Positions 62,704 to 64,000 of a DNA stretch of 64,000 nucleotides are shown here, piece after piece. Positions within the stretch are counted from its first letter, which is position 1; every line of letters begins with the position of its first letter. Origin of the DNA: Acidobacteriota bacterium (GTDB taxonomy: Bacteria; Acidobacteriota; Terriglobia; Bryobacterales; Bryobacteraceae). The notes below the pieces were generated by a model, which searched no databases, was not told where the DNA came from, and saw nothing but the letters and a program-made list of their open reading frames with translations. Position numbers and translations under genes: made by a program. The DNA is taken from contig JAEZIJ010000204.1 in NCBI GenBank assembly GCA_023436715.1, forward strand, positions 3,548 through 67,547, written 5' to 3'.

Positions 62704-63369
62704 ATGTACGCCGCCATCAACTACCAGAACGTCACTCCAGAGGTCGTTTGGTTCACCGAGGAACCGAAGGCCGCCGAGTGGCTGAAGACTCGCGCCGAGG
62801 ACGTCTTGGGCGATGGCGAGCGCCCGCGCAACCTGGACGACTGGTGCGTTGCCGAAGTCATCCAAGAGATCACGGTCGTCGATATCCCGTTTGAAAACTC
62901 CATCGTCGTGGTCACGCCGGTAAAGGATGGAACGCGCGCCGCGCTGGAGCGGGAGGTCGCCGAGCTTCGGGCGCTGCTCAGCCGGATCGCGCAACTGCAC
63001 GTTTCCGATCGGTCCGAAAAAGAGGACCGGGACGGATACGCAGAAGCGTTCGGTAAGGCGGTGGGCATGGCGCTAACGGCCGGCCACATTGCGACGCACG
63101 TTCGCAAGCCGGACGCGAAAGAGCAGAAGCAGGCTCCGTTCGAAGTCGTCACGAGCGGTCATGTGGCCAGATCCTGTGTCCCCTTCTTCGGCGCTGGCTG
63201 GAGGGCGCAACTGGCATTCGGACGCGTGCTTGCGAACGAGGACGTCGGAAAGCGCGTGTACCTGCGCAACAGTGTCCCGCAGCTGGAGTCCGACGACGAA
63301 TACGCTGCGCGGCGCGTGGCCGAGACCCAGGAAGAGACCCGGACCGTCATGGCGGAGGTGGCACGCTAA
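62704..63369 (+). CDS. phage hypothetical protein
   Basis: Track ORF. Confidence 0.55.
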   Translation: MYAAINYQNVTPEVVWFTEEPKAAEWLKTRAEDVLGDGERPRNLDDWCVAEVIQEITVVDIPFENSIVVVTPVKDGTRAALEREVAELRALLSRIAQLHVSDRSEKEDRDGYAEAFGKAVGMALTAGHIATHVRKPDAKEQKQAPFEVVTSGHVARSCVPFFGAGWRAQLAFGRVLANEDVGKRVYLRNSVPQLESDDEYAARRVAETQEETRTVMAEVAR

Positions 63370-64000
63370 TGGGACAGAAATTCCAACTCCACGCGACCGG
63401 CCTTGAGTCACTCGCGCGCTGCGGAATCGCCTTCGAGCGGCGCCACATCTTCGGCGAGCGCATCCCGCCCTCGGCCCGCATGCTGATCGGTACGGCCGTA
63501 GACCGGGCCGTCCGCGCCGACATGGAATGCAAGAAGGAGACCGGCAAGCTCCGCCCTGCGGACGAGATCCAGGACGCCGCCCGTGACACGCTAGTCGCCG
63601 AGTGGGAGAAGGGCGTTCGGCTGATCGAAGACGACCAGGAAGAGGGTGTCGACACCCGCGACAGGGCGCTCGACACGAGCGTATCCCTGGCGGCGCTCCA
63701 TCACGGCGAGGCGGCGCCGAGTATCCAGCCGGTGCATGTCGCGCGCAAGTGGGTGCTCGACGTGGACGGCCTCCCGATCCAAGTGGTTGGGGAGATCGAC
63801 ATCCAGGAAGCCGACTGCATCAGGGATACCAAGACGAGCGGCAAGAGCCCCGTAAAGACCGCCGCCGACACATCGCTCCAACTGACCACTTACGCCCTGG
63901 CAGTGCGGCAGATCGACGGCGCGATCCCGCCGAAAGTGGCGCTTGATTTTTGCGTGCGGACCCCGAAGAAGGGCGAGACGAAACTGGTCGTGCTCAACTC
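63369..64000 (+). CDS. PD-(D/E)xK RecB/Cas4-like exonuclease (partial, runs off the window end)
   Basis: Own translation from the ATG at 63369, with no stop to 64000. GEIDIQEADCIRDTKTS (D..D/ExK) and SLQLTTYALA (QxxxY) motifs. Confidence 0.6.
   Translation, partial: MGQKFQLHATGLESLARCGIAFERRHIFGERIPPSARMLIGTAVDRAVRADMECKKETGKLRPADEIQDAARDTLVAEWEKGVRLIEDDQEEGVDTRDRALDTSVSLAALHHGEAAPSIQPVHVARKWVLDVDGLPIQVVGEIDIQEADCIRDTKTSGKSPVKTAADTSLQLTTYALAVRQIDGAIPPKVALDFCVRTPKKGETKLVVLN

Larger units (their letters stand above)
12230..64000. mobile_element. prophage (contractile-tail, DUF1073 portal / DUF2184 capsid / DUF3383 sheath type) next to tRNA-Arg; right end lies beyond the window
   Basis: Uninterrupted array of overlapping phage-type genes starting about 270 bp after the tRNA. 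It includes replication, terminase, head, tail, baseplate, lysis and immunity modules. No integrase or second att copy was seen in the window. Confidence 0.85.

Noticed and set aside
12230-64000. Search by eye for an integrase/recombinase, a second copy of the tRNA 3' end (attR), a reverse transcriptase, a cyclase/CBASS system, or a restriction endonuclease partner for Dcm.
   Set aside because: No ORF showed tyrosine-recombinase (R..HxxR..Y), serine-recombinase, RT (YxDD) or cyclase motifs. Absence judged by eye is weak evidence, so an HMM scan is still needed.

Overview
High-GC bacterial chromosome, probably Acidobacteriota (inferred from GWxTD and CarboxypepD_reg proteins and GGCACGACTTCAGTCGTGCC-type REP hairpins). 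Positions 1-12.1 kb are ordinary chromosome: a YfhO-like membrane protein (partial), stand-alone TrpB2, an RraA-family protein, pgk, a GWxTD protein, a CarboxypepD_reg beta-barrel protein, an MFS transporter, an HExxH protease-like protein and a TlpA-like redoxin. tRNA-Arg(CCG) lies at 12153-12229. From just after the tRNA to the window end (more than 51 kb) everything looks like one tightly packed contractile-tail prophage. Its order is: early/DNA-metabolism genes (PD-(D/E)xK nuclease, DUF5131 three-Cys protein, ASCH, RusA, PAPS-reductase-like, Dcm, HNH, DnaB); TerS/TerL; MuF-like; DUF1073-type portal; DUF2213; DUF2184-type capsid; DUF3383 sheath; DUF3277 tube; a frameshifted chaperone; TMP-SLT; baseplate; fibres; lysis genes; HicAB; a minus-strand lysogeny/cargo operon headed by an RHH repressor with a three-site operator array; then a second rightward early operon ending in a partial RecB/Cas4-like nuclease. 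No integrase, CRISPR array or rRNA was seen. The best candidates for something undescribed are: (i) a repressor-coupled soluble-protein plus polytopic-membrane-protein module laid out like lambda cI-rexA-rexB; (ii) a three-gene cassette (two signal-peptide proteins and a reverse-oriented membrane protein) wedged between baseplate J and DUF2612; (iii) a beta-barrel OMP plus membrane-anchored coiled-coil pair directly upstream of holin-endolysin; (iv) an inorganic-pyrophosphatase-like domain fused to the portal C-terminus. All family calls come from motif recognition by eye. No database search was run.
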